A program made the position numbers and the translations under genes. Below, piece by piece: positions 9,208 through 16,187 of a stretch of DNA of 64,000 nt (position 1 is the first letter of the stretch; each line of letters opens with the position of its first letter). The notes under the pieces are model-generated. The model saw only the letters and a list, made by a program, of their open reading frames with translations. It did not search any database and was not told the origin of the DNA. Origin of the DNA: a virus; the IMG/VR virus record IMGVR_UViG_3300042541_003236, one strand, 5' to 3'.

Positions 9208-9812
9208 TACTTAACTAAAATATATTTTGACCAAAACTCAACTGATTCGTTATAAACTTTCCTGTTTAAAGTTTCCCCATTACCACCTTCTTCAACACCT
9301 AATGCGTTTCTCATAATAGTAATCGGTACAAGTGGATCTGGTTTCGGTTCCATAGTTCCCATAATAGAAACAATTCCCCATTCAACATCATCATCAAAGT
9401 AAAACTCTTGTCCATCTTCTTTTGGTTTAAATTCCTTTTGAAGTTGTTCTTTTGAATAAAGAACTAAAACAATATAGTTTGCTTCTGCTGATTTGAATCC
9501 AGGTGGTAATTGAACATATCTCGTTAGAACCGCCAATTCCTCTGGAGTTCTTTGAGAATAATCTGTTCTAATATAAGGATAAATGTCTAATGTAATTGGT
9601 CTAACTGCACATTTTACACCAAACTCATTTGGTAAAACCAAGTACTTACAGAAACCCCACTCAGAATCTAACATAGTTTCTGTTGATGCATAATCGTACG
9701 CATCGTTTATTACTTCTAATAGTTCATCTTTAATTTCGGGATCAACCTTAGTTCCAGAGAAATTCTGTGAGAATTGTCTGGTTACAAAAGGATCATATTC
9801 AACTTTCTTCAT
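9207..9812 (-). CDS. hypothetical protein
   Basis: 201-aa ORF. Confidence 0.5.
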   Translation of the reverse strand: MKKVEYDPFVTRQFSQNFSGTKVDPEIKDELLEVINDAYDYASTETMLDSEWGFCKYLVLPNEFGVKCAVRPITLDIYPYIRTDYSQRTPEELAVLTRYVQLPPGFKSAEANYIVLVLYSKEQLQKEFKPKEDGQEFYFDDDVEWGIVSIMGTMEPKPDPLVPITIMRNALGVEEGGNGETLNRKVYNESVEFWSKYILVK

Positions 9813-9884
9813 TTTTATCTTAATTTAATTTTTATCAATGTTTCCAAAAACATGTAACATCATGATATATAATATAAACTTATA

Positions 9885-10358
9885 CTATATCCCGAGCAAT
9901 TGTTTTAATTTCTTTTCTCTTAAAAGTGCAGGTGCTAATCTTGGTTCATGTTCAATAATAAAATCGACAATCTCCGTCAATATGTCACAATTTTCTAATA
10001 TATCTCTACAGCCTTGATTGTTCCATAATTGCCAACCTGATGGTCGCTCTAAGTATTCAAATTCCCAATCAAACTTTCTGTATTCATTATCACAATCTTT
10101 CCATCCGGCATACCATTCCAAACAAACCTCAGTTACTAAATCTTCATCGTTATACCAAATAAGTTTTATGTTAATGTCGGTGTGACGTTTAGTATCTTTA
10201 TAAACTAAAGTAAAATTACTTTGATGTCCAAACTGTTTATTTTCATATCTTTCGTATATGTCAAAATACTGTTTAACAAAATCTTTGATTTCATTAACAG
10301 TACGACAATCTTCCCTTTGTTTAATTCTTCGAGGTGTATTTTTATTAATCAATTTCAT
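9885..10358 (-). CDS. hypothetical protein
   Basis: 157-aa ORF. Confidence 0.5.
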   Translation of the reverse strand: MKLINKNTPRRIKQREDCRTVNEIKDFVKQYFDIYERYENKQFGHQSNFTLVYKDTKRHTDINIKLIWYNDEDLVTEVCLEWYAGWKDCDNEYRKFDWEFEYLERPSGWQLWNNQGCRDILENCDILTEIVDFIIEHEPRLAPALLREKKLKQLLGI

Positions 10359-10641
10359 TTACTTCTTTTAATAGTTGACGAATTTTCATAAATCTTTTAG
10401 GTGTTTTAACCCAAAGACCATATAAATCAACAAAAAGTGCTGGTCCTTTTCTACCATCTTTTTCTTCTTTTCTAATAATATCACAGTTTCCCCTACGAGT
10501 AGAGTTAAGTATCTCTACTTCATAAGGTCTTTCAGTTGAGTTCATATAAAAGAAACGACACTCAGTTTTCTTGAGTCCGAGTGTTCTTAATACGTCAGGT
10601 AAATCCATATAATCCATTATTTTTCTAATTCTTCTAACCAA
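10345..10641 (-). CDS. hypothetical protein (tandem paralog 1)
   Basis: About 100 aa; shares FFY.N.T....EIEI.NS...G.C.IIR and W.KTP.RF blocks with the adjacent ORF. Confidence 0.45.
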   Translation of the reverse strand: MVRRIRKIMDYMDLPDVLRTLGLKKTECRFFYMNSTERPYEVEILNSTRRGNCDIIRKEEKDGRKGPALFVDLYGLWVKTPKRFMKIRQLLKEVNEID

Positions 10642-10925
10642 GCACCAATTTGTAAAAATCGTGTAGGTGTTTTAATCCAAATTGTATTTATTGTAGTAAA
10701 AAATCCAGCATAATCAGTTCTACCATTTATTTGAGTTAGTCTAATTATTTCACATTCACCATTCTTATTAGAATTGATGATTTCAATTTCAACAGGTTTT
10801 TCATCAGTAATATTCTTATAAAAGAAAGAAACATCTGATTTATCTACATTTATTTTTTTAAGGAAGTCTTTTATGAACATAACTTTAGTTTTTACAAAAG
10901 TAAGTAAAATTTTTAATATATACAA
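10617..10925 (-). CDS. hypothetical protein (tandem paralog 2)
   Basis: See 10345-10641. Confidence 0.45.
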   Translation of the reverse strand: MYILKILLTFVKTKVMFIKDFLKKINVDKSDVSFFYKNITDEKPVEIEIINSNKNGECEIIRLTQINGRTDYAGFFTTINTIWIKTPTRFLQIGAWLEELEK

Positions 10926-10926
10926 T

Positions 10927-11889
10927 ATGGAAATAATGAAATTTGAAAACTTTACTTATCCGAGAGGTTGGGTAAATATTAAAGTAGATGATGATATGTA
11001 TATTAGAATGGCTAGATACGTTACAATATTGGATAAGATATTAACTAAAAAACCAAATAGTAGAAAAAAAGATAAATATGATTTACAAAAAAAAGTAAAA
11101 CTACTATCACAGATAAATGAACTAGTAAATGATAATAATATAACCATAAAAGATAAAATTTCATTAATTACAATATTACAATATCTAAATGAATTAAGAA
11201 CTAATTTCAATGAGTCAAGTGCTGGATTTTTATTAGAAGGATTCCTTGCATCACTAATTCATGGTAAATTAACTGCTGGTCGTGCAATTGCAGATATTAC
11301 TGCATCAAAATCATATAGTGAATTATCTGTTGCTGAATTTAAAACAGTTCCATCTGAGGAAGATATCGATGAAGATATTGTAACATATCAAATAAAATTA
11401 TATAAAGCAGGTAACGTTATTAAAGTTAATACATTAAAACCATGTGACTACTATGTAATATGTCTTAAAAATCAATCTGATAGCAATATAGATGTACATA
11501 TTTTAGAATATAGTCAGATAATAAGTGATGATTTTGCAGTTAGTAAACGTGGTGGTGATAAAACAAATGTAAATAGAAATATTGTAGTTAGTGGTGTAAA
11601 AAGTTATGTTGAATTAAATACCAATAAAATTAGTAATAATAATACTAAAAAAGTTACCTTACCTATTTCTGATCTAGATGGTTTAATAAATATTTGTGCA
11701 AAAGAAATAAAAACCTCAATTGATGAAATTTACTTAAAAATATCAGATTTACACTTTGATATAGATTCATTAGTTACTGGAATTGATAAGAATAATAAAG
11801 AAATTAGTAGTGAAGATGCTGAAAAATCAGCCATTTCAACAATAGCTGATATTACTGAACACTTAACAAACCTAAGTAAAGGTATATAA
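10927..11889 (+). CDS. hypothetical protein
   Basis: Start moved to ATG 10927 (M19 of the tracked ORF) because TTAATATATA lies at 10913-10922; followed by a strong terminator. Confidence 0.55.
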   Translation: MEIMKFENFTYPRGWVNIKVDDDMYIRMARYVTILDKILTKKPNSRKKDKYDLQKKVKLLSQINELVNDNNITIKDKISLITILQYLNELRTNFNESSAGFLLEGFLASLIHGKLTAGRAIADITASKSYSELSVAEFKTVPSEEDIDEDIVTYQIKLYKAGNVIKVNTLKPCDYYVICLKNQSDSNIDVHILEYSQIISDDFAVSKRGGDKTNVNRNIVVSGVKSYVELNTNKISNNNTKKVTLPISDLDGLINICAKEIKTSIDEIYLKISDLHFDIDSLVTGIDKNNKEISSEDAEKSAISTIADITEHLTNLSKGI

Positions 11890-11890
11890 A

Positions 11891-11918
11891 AAATCCGAGA
11901 TAATTCTCGGATTTTTTT
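11891..11918. terminator. intrinsic terminator hairpin (aaatccgagataattctcggattttttt)
   Basis: GC-containing stem followed by a T-run on the + strand. Confidence 0.6.
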
Positions 11919-11919
11919 G

Positions 11920-11994
11920 TGGAGCCAATGGGAATCGAACCCACCACAATCTGGTTGCAAACCGAACTCGCCGTGCCTTGGTACATGTGACCCC
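11920..11994 (-). tRNA. tRNA, anticodon unresolved (possible UGC loop tttgcaa)
   Basis: T-arm gtggg-ttcgatt-cccat; acceptor ggggtca/tggctcc has a G3:U70-type pair; D-arm and anticodon arm do not fold cleanly by hand. Confidence 0.45.
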
Positions 11995-12004
11995 AAAATT
12001 GTTG

Positions 12005-12078
12005 TGGAGAATACCGGAGTCGAACCGGTGGCCTCTTGCGTGCAAGGCAAGCGCTCTAGCCATCTGAGCTAATCCCCC
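12005..12078 (-). tRNA. tRNA-Ala(UGC)
   Basis: Clean cloverleaf with D gctc/gagc, AC stem cttgc/gcaag and loop cttgcac; G3:U70 alanine identity pair. Confidence 0.8.
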
Positions 12079-12115
12079 AAAATAAGATAGAGAAAGTTTA
12101 TTAAACGTGTTTTTA

Positions 12116-12185
12116 CTGTGCTACCATTACACTATATCCGCAATTTAATTATTTGTGCGGACAATAGGATTCGAACCTATAATAG
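12116..12185 (-). pseudogene. tRNA halves in permuted order (5' acceptor+D-arm at 12116-12141; T-arm+3' acceptor at 12156-12180)
   Basis: Minus-strand reading gives the T-arm and 3' acceptor first, then a 14-nt linker, then the 5' acceptor gcggata and D-arm gtgtaatggtagcac; the two acceptor halves are complementary. Confidence 0.4.
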
Positions 12186-12301
12186 TCGTTTGAATACGAA
12201 GTAACGCTTTATATTACTACTATCTTTATAATTAAAGTGGTGTATAAAAATTTACATCTAACGTCTTAGATATAGAGATTTCTATAACTTAAACCACTTA
12301 T

Positions 12302-12943
12302 TTATCTTTTTCTATTTTTTCTTCCATATCCTTTATTTAAGGCACCATAGGTAAGTGTTAAAGAATGACAATTAGGACATAATAATTTTAAATTATCTAA
12401 ACTATTATTGGTCGAATTACCATCTATATGTTCCAATTGTATTGGAACTTTACCTGTTATAGAGTGTATTTTATCCCAATCACACTCCATACACTTCTCA
12501 CCATATCTCTCAATTAGGTATTTCTTATACTGATTTTCATAAAATGATGTATCACCATTTTCTATTCTTTCAAATGTATTTTTACTAATGTTTAATCCTT
12601 GACATTTATTACTACAATACTTATTATTTTTCTTTTTTAATAACTTATTACAATATAAACAATAATTTTTAAACTCTCTTTTTCTATTGTTAAATGTAGC
12701 ACTACAAGATTTAGAGCAAAACTTTCTATTATTTCTTTTATAATCTTGAAATATATTTTTACACTCTAAACATTCTTTATCATTTATACATTCTTTATAT
12801 AAAGAAGATTTTTCACCAAATCTATTTGCCTTACTTCTAACACTTCTTTCTGTTCTGTTTATTAAAACAGAAATTTCAATATAACTCTTACCTTCTTTAA
12901 GATACCTTAACATATCTTCTACTTGTTCTGTTGTCCATTTCAT
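12302..12943 (-). mobile_element. HNH homing endonuclease gene (free-standing, inside the tRNA array)
   Basis: C-terminal HIDGNSTNNSLDNLKLLCPNCH HNH motif; several CxxC pairs; N-terminal HTH-like region. Confidence 0.75.
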
Positions 12944-12984
12944 TATTTATATATTAAAATGAGCGACTTCCCTATTAAAAATAG

Positions 12985-13055
12985 AGCGAAAAAAGGGAAT
13001 CGAACCCTCGTCTCCGACTCGGCAGGCCGGTGTAATACCATTATACGATTTTCGC
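12985..13055 (-). tRNA. tRNA-Gly(GCC)
   Basis: Acceptor gcgaaaa/ttttcgc; AC stem ccggc/gtcgg with loop ctgccga. Confidence 0.7.
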
Positions 13056-13061
13056 ATTATG

Positions 13062-13138
13062 TGGTGCGGGAGAAGGGAATCGAACCCTCGTCTCTGACGT
13101 GGAAAGCCAGCATAATCGAGCCATTATACGACTCCCGC
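13062..13138 (-). tRNA. tRNA-Gly(UCC), CCA encoded
   Basis: Acceptor gcgggag/ctcccgc then A-CCA; AC stem ctggc/gtcag with loop tttccac. Confidence 0.7.
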
Positions 13139-13145
13139 AATTTTG

Positions 13146-13220
13146 TTGGTAAGGTGGGTATCGAACCCGACTATCTTCTGTGTATAAGACAGATGCTTCT
13201 ACCGTCTAAGCTACTTACCA
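13146..13220 (-). tRNA. tRNA with anticodon UAU (Ile-like), tentative
   Basis: Perfect acceptor tggtaag/cttacca, D gctt/aagc and AC tctgt/acaga with loop cttatac; T-stem has only 3 clean pairs. Confidence 0.55.
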
Positions 13221-13305
13221 ATAATTCTTTAAATAATCATATTTCCTTATACGACCAGCCTCACGACCAGAGTGGGTCTGACCCACTATCTATTATTTAA
13301 TTTTG

Positions 13306-13376
13306 TAGTCTCTACGGGGATCGAACCCGCATACTACCCGTGAAAGGGGCATGTCCTACCATTAGACGAAGAGACC
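13306..13376 (-). tRNA. tRNA-Glu(UUC)
   Basis: Anticodon loop ctttcac identical to E. coli tRNA-Glu; D-arm gtctaatggtaggac. Confidence 0.7.
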
Positions 13377-13381
13377 AAATG

Positions 13382-13453
13382 TACTGCTAACGGGGATCGA
13401 ACCCGTATCTCACATCTTGAGAAGATGTTGTCCTACCGTTAGACGATAGCAGC
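13382..13453 (-). tRNA. tRNA-Glu(CUC), tentative
   Basis: Scaffold close to 13306-13376; AC stem acatc/gatgt with loop ttctcaa. Confidence 0.55.
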
Positions 13454-13459
13454 TTGCAG

Positions 13460-13527
13460 TGGGATGCGTCAGACTCGAACTGACCTGCTGGAGTTTTACA
13501 GACTCGGCTATCACCATAATCCATCCC
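13460..13527 (-). tRNA. short (68-nt) tRNA-like gene, identity unresolved
   Basis: Perfect T-arm gtcag-ttcgagt-ctgac and acceptor gggatgg/gcatccc, but the D region is too short; possible loop ctgtaaa (GUA). Confidence 0.35.
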
Positions 13528-13532
13528 GATTT

Positions 13533-13598
13533 TGTAAGTCTTCTACTCAAGCACAATGCCCGGTTAGGTAGAAGTCACCGGAGCTCTACTTACATTTG
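13533..13598 (-). ncRNA. structured hairpin element between tRNAs
   Basis: Nested inverted repeats tgtaagt..acttaca and cttctac..gtagaag enclosing a GC-rich loop; no T-loop. Confidence 0.3.
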
Positions 13599-13671
13599 TA
13601 GTGTATGTCGGATTCGAACCGACGTCCTCCGCTTTGAAAAAGCGTAATCCTTACCGCTAGACGAATACACC
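13599..13671 (-). tRNA. tRNA, anticodon unresolved (loop ttttcaa, UUC-like)
   Basis: Perfect T-arm gtcgg-ttcgaat-ccgac; acceptor ggtgtat/atacact; D and AC stems imperfect. Confidence 0.45.
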
Positions 13672-13681
13672 GTATTTTTTG

Positions 13682-13763
13682 TGGGCAGAGAGGGATTCGA
13701 ACCCCCGAACTCGATGAGAACAGATTTACAGTCTGCCAGCTTTAACCACTTGCATATCTACCC
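13682..13763 (-). tRNA. tRNA-Tyr(GUA), class II with long variable arm
   Basis: AC arm gcaga-ctgtaaa-tctgt nearly identical to E. coli tRNA-Tyr; about 13-nt variable arm; 82 nt. Confidence 0.7.
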
Positions 13764-13774
13764 GTATATTTTGA

Positions 13775-13845
13775 ACTAGTAACGGGGGTCGAACCCGCAT
13801 CTTGGAGCCTGAAAAACTCTTGTCCTACCATTAGACGATACTAGC
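13775..13845 (-). tRNA. tRNA, anticodon unresolved (loop ttttcag)
   Basis: D gtct/ggac and T gcggg-ttcgacc-cccgt as in the Glu genes; AC stem has a mismatch. Confidence 0.45.
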
Positions 13846-13861
13846 ATGTTTAATTCAATAA

Positions 13862-13896
13862 AAAAACCCAATCTGATTTTTACGTCAGATTGGGTT
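13862..13896 (-). terminator. minus-strand intrinsic terminator between promoter and tRNA array 2
   Basis: Hairpin aacccaatctgac..gtcagattgggtt followed by a T-run when read on the minus strand. Confidence 0.5.
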
Positions 13897-14092
13897 TGTT
13901 GTATAATAATGTTTTTTCAACTCATTACTTTATACACATAACGCTTCTGACCGATGGTATTGTATACCCCGCTTCATACCCGCCTATGGCTTCGATAGCT
14001 ATTGTTATGTTAGTAATTGTTGTCATTTTTTCTATTTTTTAAATTGTTGTTTTTAATTCTTGTAGTCACTTCTGTGACTCTCATCTTGTGAG

Positions 14093-14103
14093 TACAAAGA
14101 TAC
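14093..14103 (-). promoter_or_regulatory. Bacteroidetes-type -7 box (TAtcTTTG on minus strand) upstream of tRNA array 2
   Basis: + strand tacaaagatac is the reverse complement of TAnnTTTG. Confidence 0.5.
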
Positions 14104-14151
14104 GATAAGTTTTTAAACTACCAAATCTTTTTTTAATTTTTTATTCTTTAG

Positions 14152-14224
14152 TAGCGGGAGAAGGACTCGAACCTCCGACCTTATGGTTATGAGCCACACG
14201 AGCTGCCAACTGCTCTATCCCGCG
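14152..14224 (-). tRNA. tRNA-Met(CAU), initiator-like
   Basis: 5' cgcggga closely resembles E. coli tRNA-fMet 5' CGCGGGG with an unpaired C1:U72; D gagc/gctc; AC loop ctcataa. Confidence 0.65.
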
Positions 14225-14267
14225 ATATATTTTTTGAGACTTGTATCTAAATCGTTACCTATCTCTT

Positions 14268-14345
14268 TTGTAGCGTAGCGTGGATTCGAACCACCCCGTA
14301 GACCTTATGAAAGTCTCATGCAACCTTTACACTTTAACGCGATAT
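14268..14345 (-). tRNA. tRNA with CAU anticodon loop (Met or Ile2-like), tentative
   Basis: AC arm agact-ttcataa-ggtct; T-loop ttcgaat; acceptor pairing poor. Confidence 0.4.
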
Positions 14346-14358
14346 ATGTTTATAGTTC

Positions 14359-14368
14359 TATATATTAA
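14359..14368 (-). promoter_or_regulatory. TTAATATATA motif upstream of tRNA array 3
   Basis: + strand tatatattaa is the reverse complement of the recurring motif. Confidence 0.4.
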
Positions 14369-14413
14369 AAAGTTTTTCTACCTTTTCATATTTTTGAACA
14401 TTTTTTTCAAAAT

Positions 14414-14641
14414 TTAATCATTATTTACATCAACAATGTAATAATTCTTACATAACCATAATATAAAAGTATTATTACTATGAATATTTGATGGGCCATT
14501 AAGCCAATCCTGTATAAATCTATCTTGAAAACTTTTAATTTTCAACTCTGGATATTTTATATCTACCCATTCTATAAAATTATAACCTTTATTTGTAACT
14601 CTATCTTTATATTCTCTATAAAGTTGTAACGATTTTATCAT
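14414..14641 (-). CDS. hypothetical protein
   Basis: 75-aa ORF. Confidence 0.4.
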   Translation of the reverse strand: MIKSLQLYREYKDRVTNKGYNFIEWVDIKYPELKIKSFQDRFIQDWLNGPSNIHSNNTFILWLCKNYYIVDVNND

Positions 14642-14645
14642 ATTT

Positions 14646-15218
14646 TTATTTTATAGTTACCAATATTTGATCAATTTCTTTCTTAGATTGTTCTAAATCT
14701 ATATTTTGTATTACAAAATCTGCTAATTTAGCTTTATCCTCATCAGACCATTGAGTTCTTATTCTTTTAATGACATCTTCTTTGTTAGTGTTATCCCGTT
14801 TGATAACTCTTTCAACTCTGACATCTTCTGGTGCTGTTACTAAAATTGTAAAATCACAATCTTTATAAGCACCACTTTCAAATAAGATAGCTGCTTCTTT
14901 AACTACAAAAGGTTTATCGCATTGTTTTAACCAGTTAGTAAAGTGTTGTCTTACTTTTGGATGAATAATCTCATTTAATTTTTTAAGATTATTCTCATTT
15001 CCGAATACAAAAGTAGCTAACTTTTTCTTATCTACCAAATTATTCTCGATAATTTCTTCACCAAATGTATTTCTTATTTCATTTATTACTTCTTCGGTGT
15101 CAAGTAACTTCTTTGCTTCATCATCTGCAATATAAACAGGATAACCTAAAGATTCAATATACTTTGTGATTGTTGTCTTTCCAGAACCAATCCCTCCTGT
15201 TATACCTATAATTTTCAT
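14646..15218 (-). CDS. coaE: dephospho-CoA kinase
   Basis: MKIIGITGGIGSGKTT P-loop start typical of CoaE; about 190 aa. Confidence 0.8.
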   Translation of the reverse strand: MKIIGITGGIGSGKTTITKYIESLGYPVYIADDEAKKLLDTEEVINEIRNTFGEEIIENNLVDKKKLATFVFGNENNLKKLNEIIHPKVRQHFTNWLKQCDKPFVVKEAAILFESGAYKDCDFTILVTAPEDVRVERVIKRDNTNKEDVIKRIRTQWSDEDKAKLADFVIQNIDLEQSKKEIDQILVTIK

Positions 15219-15277
15219 AGAACAAATGTAGTGATAATTTTTAATATATACTTTATATAAAATAATTTTTTAAAGTT

Positions 15278-15646
15278 ATGGAAAGACCGCAAGTAAGAAT
15301 GATTGAACCTCAATCAGAAGAAAGTAGACCAGCAAACATTCCAAGTTGGGAAGCAGAACAACTACTTCGTAAATATGGACATCAACCAGAACAATTCACA
15401 ACTCGTCAAGAAGAAGTACCTCAACATGTTGATAATGGTTTAACATTTGAACAAATGATTGCTCAACAAGAAGCCCAAGAAAGAGAAGAAAAAATGAGAA
15501 GACAACAGCAAATGAATGGTCCAAAACCGATGACATTTAGTGGTGATAGAGGATATGATTCAGAAGTTAGATATACATCAGATGATGATTCTGGATTTGG
15601 ATTTAAGATTGAGATTACAACTGATATGCAATTACCTAGATATTGA
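15278..15646 (+). CDS. hypothetical Q/E-rich protein
   Basis: 122-aa ORF with TTAATATATA at 15241-15250. Confidence 0.45.
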   Translation: MERPQVRMIEPQSEESRPANIPSWEAEQLLRKYGHQPEQFTTRQEEVPQHVDNGLTFEQMIAQQEAQEREEKMRRQQQMNGPKPMTFSGDRGYDSEVRYTSDDDSGFGFKIEITTDMQLPRY

Positions 15647-15862
15647 ATCTATTTTAAGATCTCTCAATATCCATTCTTGTTTATATATTTTACAAAACTT
15701 TCTCATTTCACTGAGGAAGTTTTCTTCTTTCCAAACAATCCAAGTAGAATCTAAGTATTGTAGAACTTCTAATTTTCTCAATTCAGTTGCCATTTCATAT
15801 TCACCGATTGTAAAGAAATGATTTTTATATTCTATTAATTTTTCTTTATAATATTCTTTCAT
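15632..15862 (-). CDS. hypothetical protein
   Basis: 76-aa ORF. Confidence 0.35.
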   Translation of the reverse strand: MKEYYKEKLIEYKNHFFTIGEYEMATELRKLEVLQYLDSTWIVWKEENFLSEMRKFCKIYKQEWILRDLKIDSISR

Positions 15863-16119
15863 TCTAATAAACTATTTATTTTGAGATCTCTTAAAAAAAT
15901 TTTTAGATAAGATTTGGAGTCTTCATCTATATTAGTATCTATATATCTTTGTAGCAACATTGAAAGATTTTCAATAGTTGGATTTTGTGATATTTCACCA
16001 AATTGACCTTTAAAGGTGTTCTCAATACTTCTTAACGCACTAGCCGCATCAAATATTTGAAGTTTAACCGCTCCACTTTTTGCATTTATTGTATAATCTA
16101 TTATTTCTTGTTTGGTCAT
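15859..16119 (-). CDS. hypothetical protein
   Basis: 86-aa ORF. Confidence 0.4.
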   Translation of the reverse strand: MTKQEIIDYTINAKSGAVKLQIFDAASALRSIENTFKGQFGEISQNPTIENLSMLLQRYIDTNIDEDSKSYLKIFLRDLKINSLLE

Positions 16120-16151
16120 TTTTAATTATTTTAATTTGTAAGTATTAAAAG

Positions 16152-16161
16152 TTAATATATA
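16152..16161 (+). promoter_or_regulatory. TTAATATATA motif upstream of the tail-fibre gene
   Basis: Exact 10-mer, 27 nt upstream of ATG 16188; same motif at 10913, 15241, 28671, 38456, 48156 and 58118 (+) and in reverse complement (tatatattaa on +) at 12948, 14359, 25919, 32472, 34596, 51068 and 59497. Confidence 0.5.
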
Positions 16162-16187
16162 AGGTACAAAATATTTTATATTAAATT

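Noticed and set aside
11920-11994. Possible tmRNA tRNA-like domain (G3:U70-type acceptor) partnering the phage SmpB
   Set aside because: The element is a contiguous 75-nt tRNA-sized gene with a normal T-arm. No downstream tag reading frame, pseudoknot region or split TLD was found here or in other non-coding stretches.
11730-12063. ORFs 11730-12050(-) and 11872-12063(-) predicted over tRNA array 1
   Set aside because: They overlap tRNA genes; Gly/Arg/Pro-rich translations reflect tRNA sequence, not coding DNA.
12923-13647. ORFs 12923-13300(+) and 13459-13647(+) across tRNA array 2
   Set aside because: They sit on the strand opposite the tRNAs and run through six tRNA genes; there is no start context. 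Spurious.
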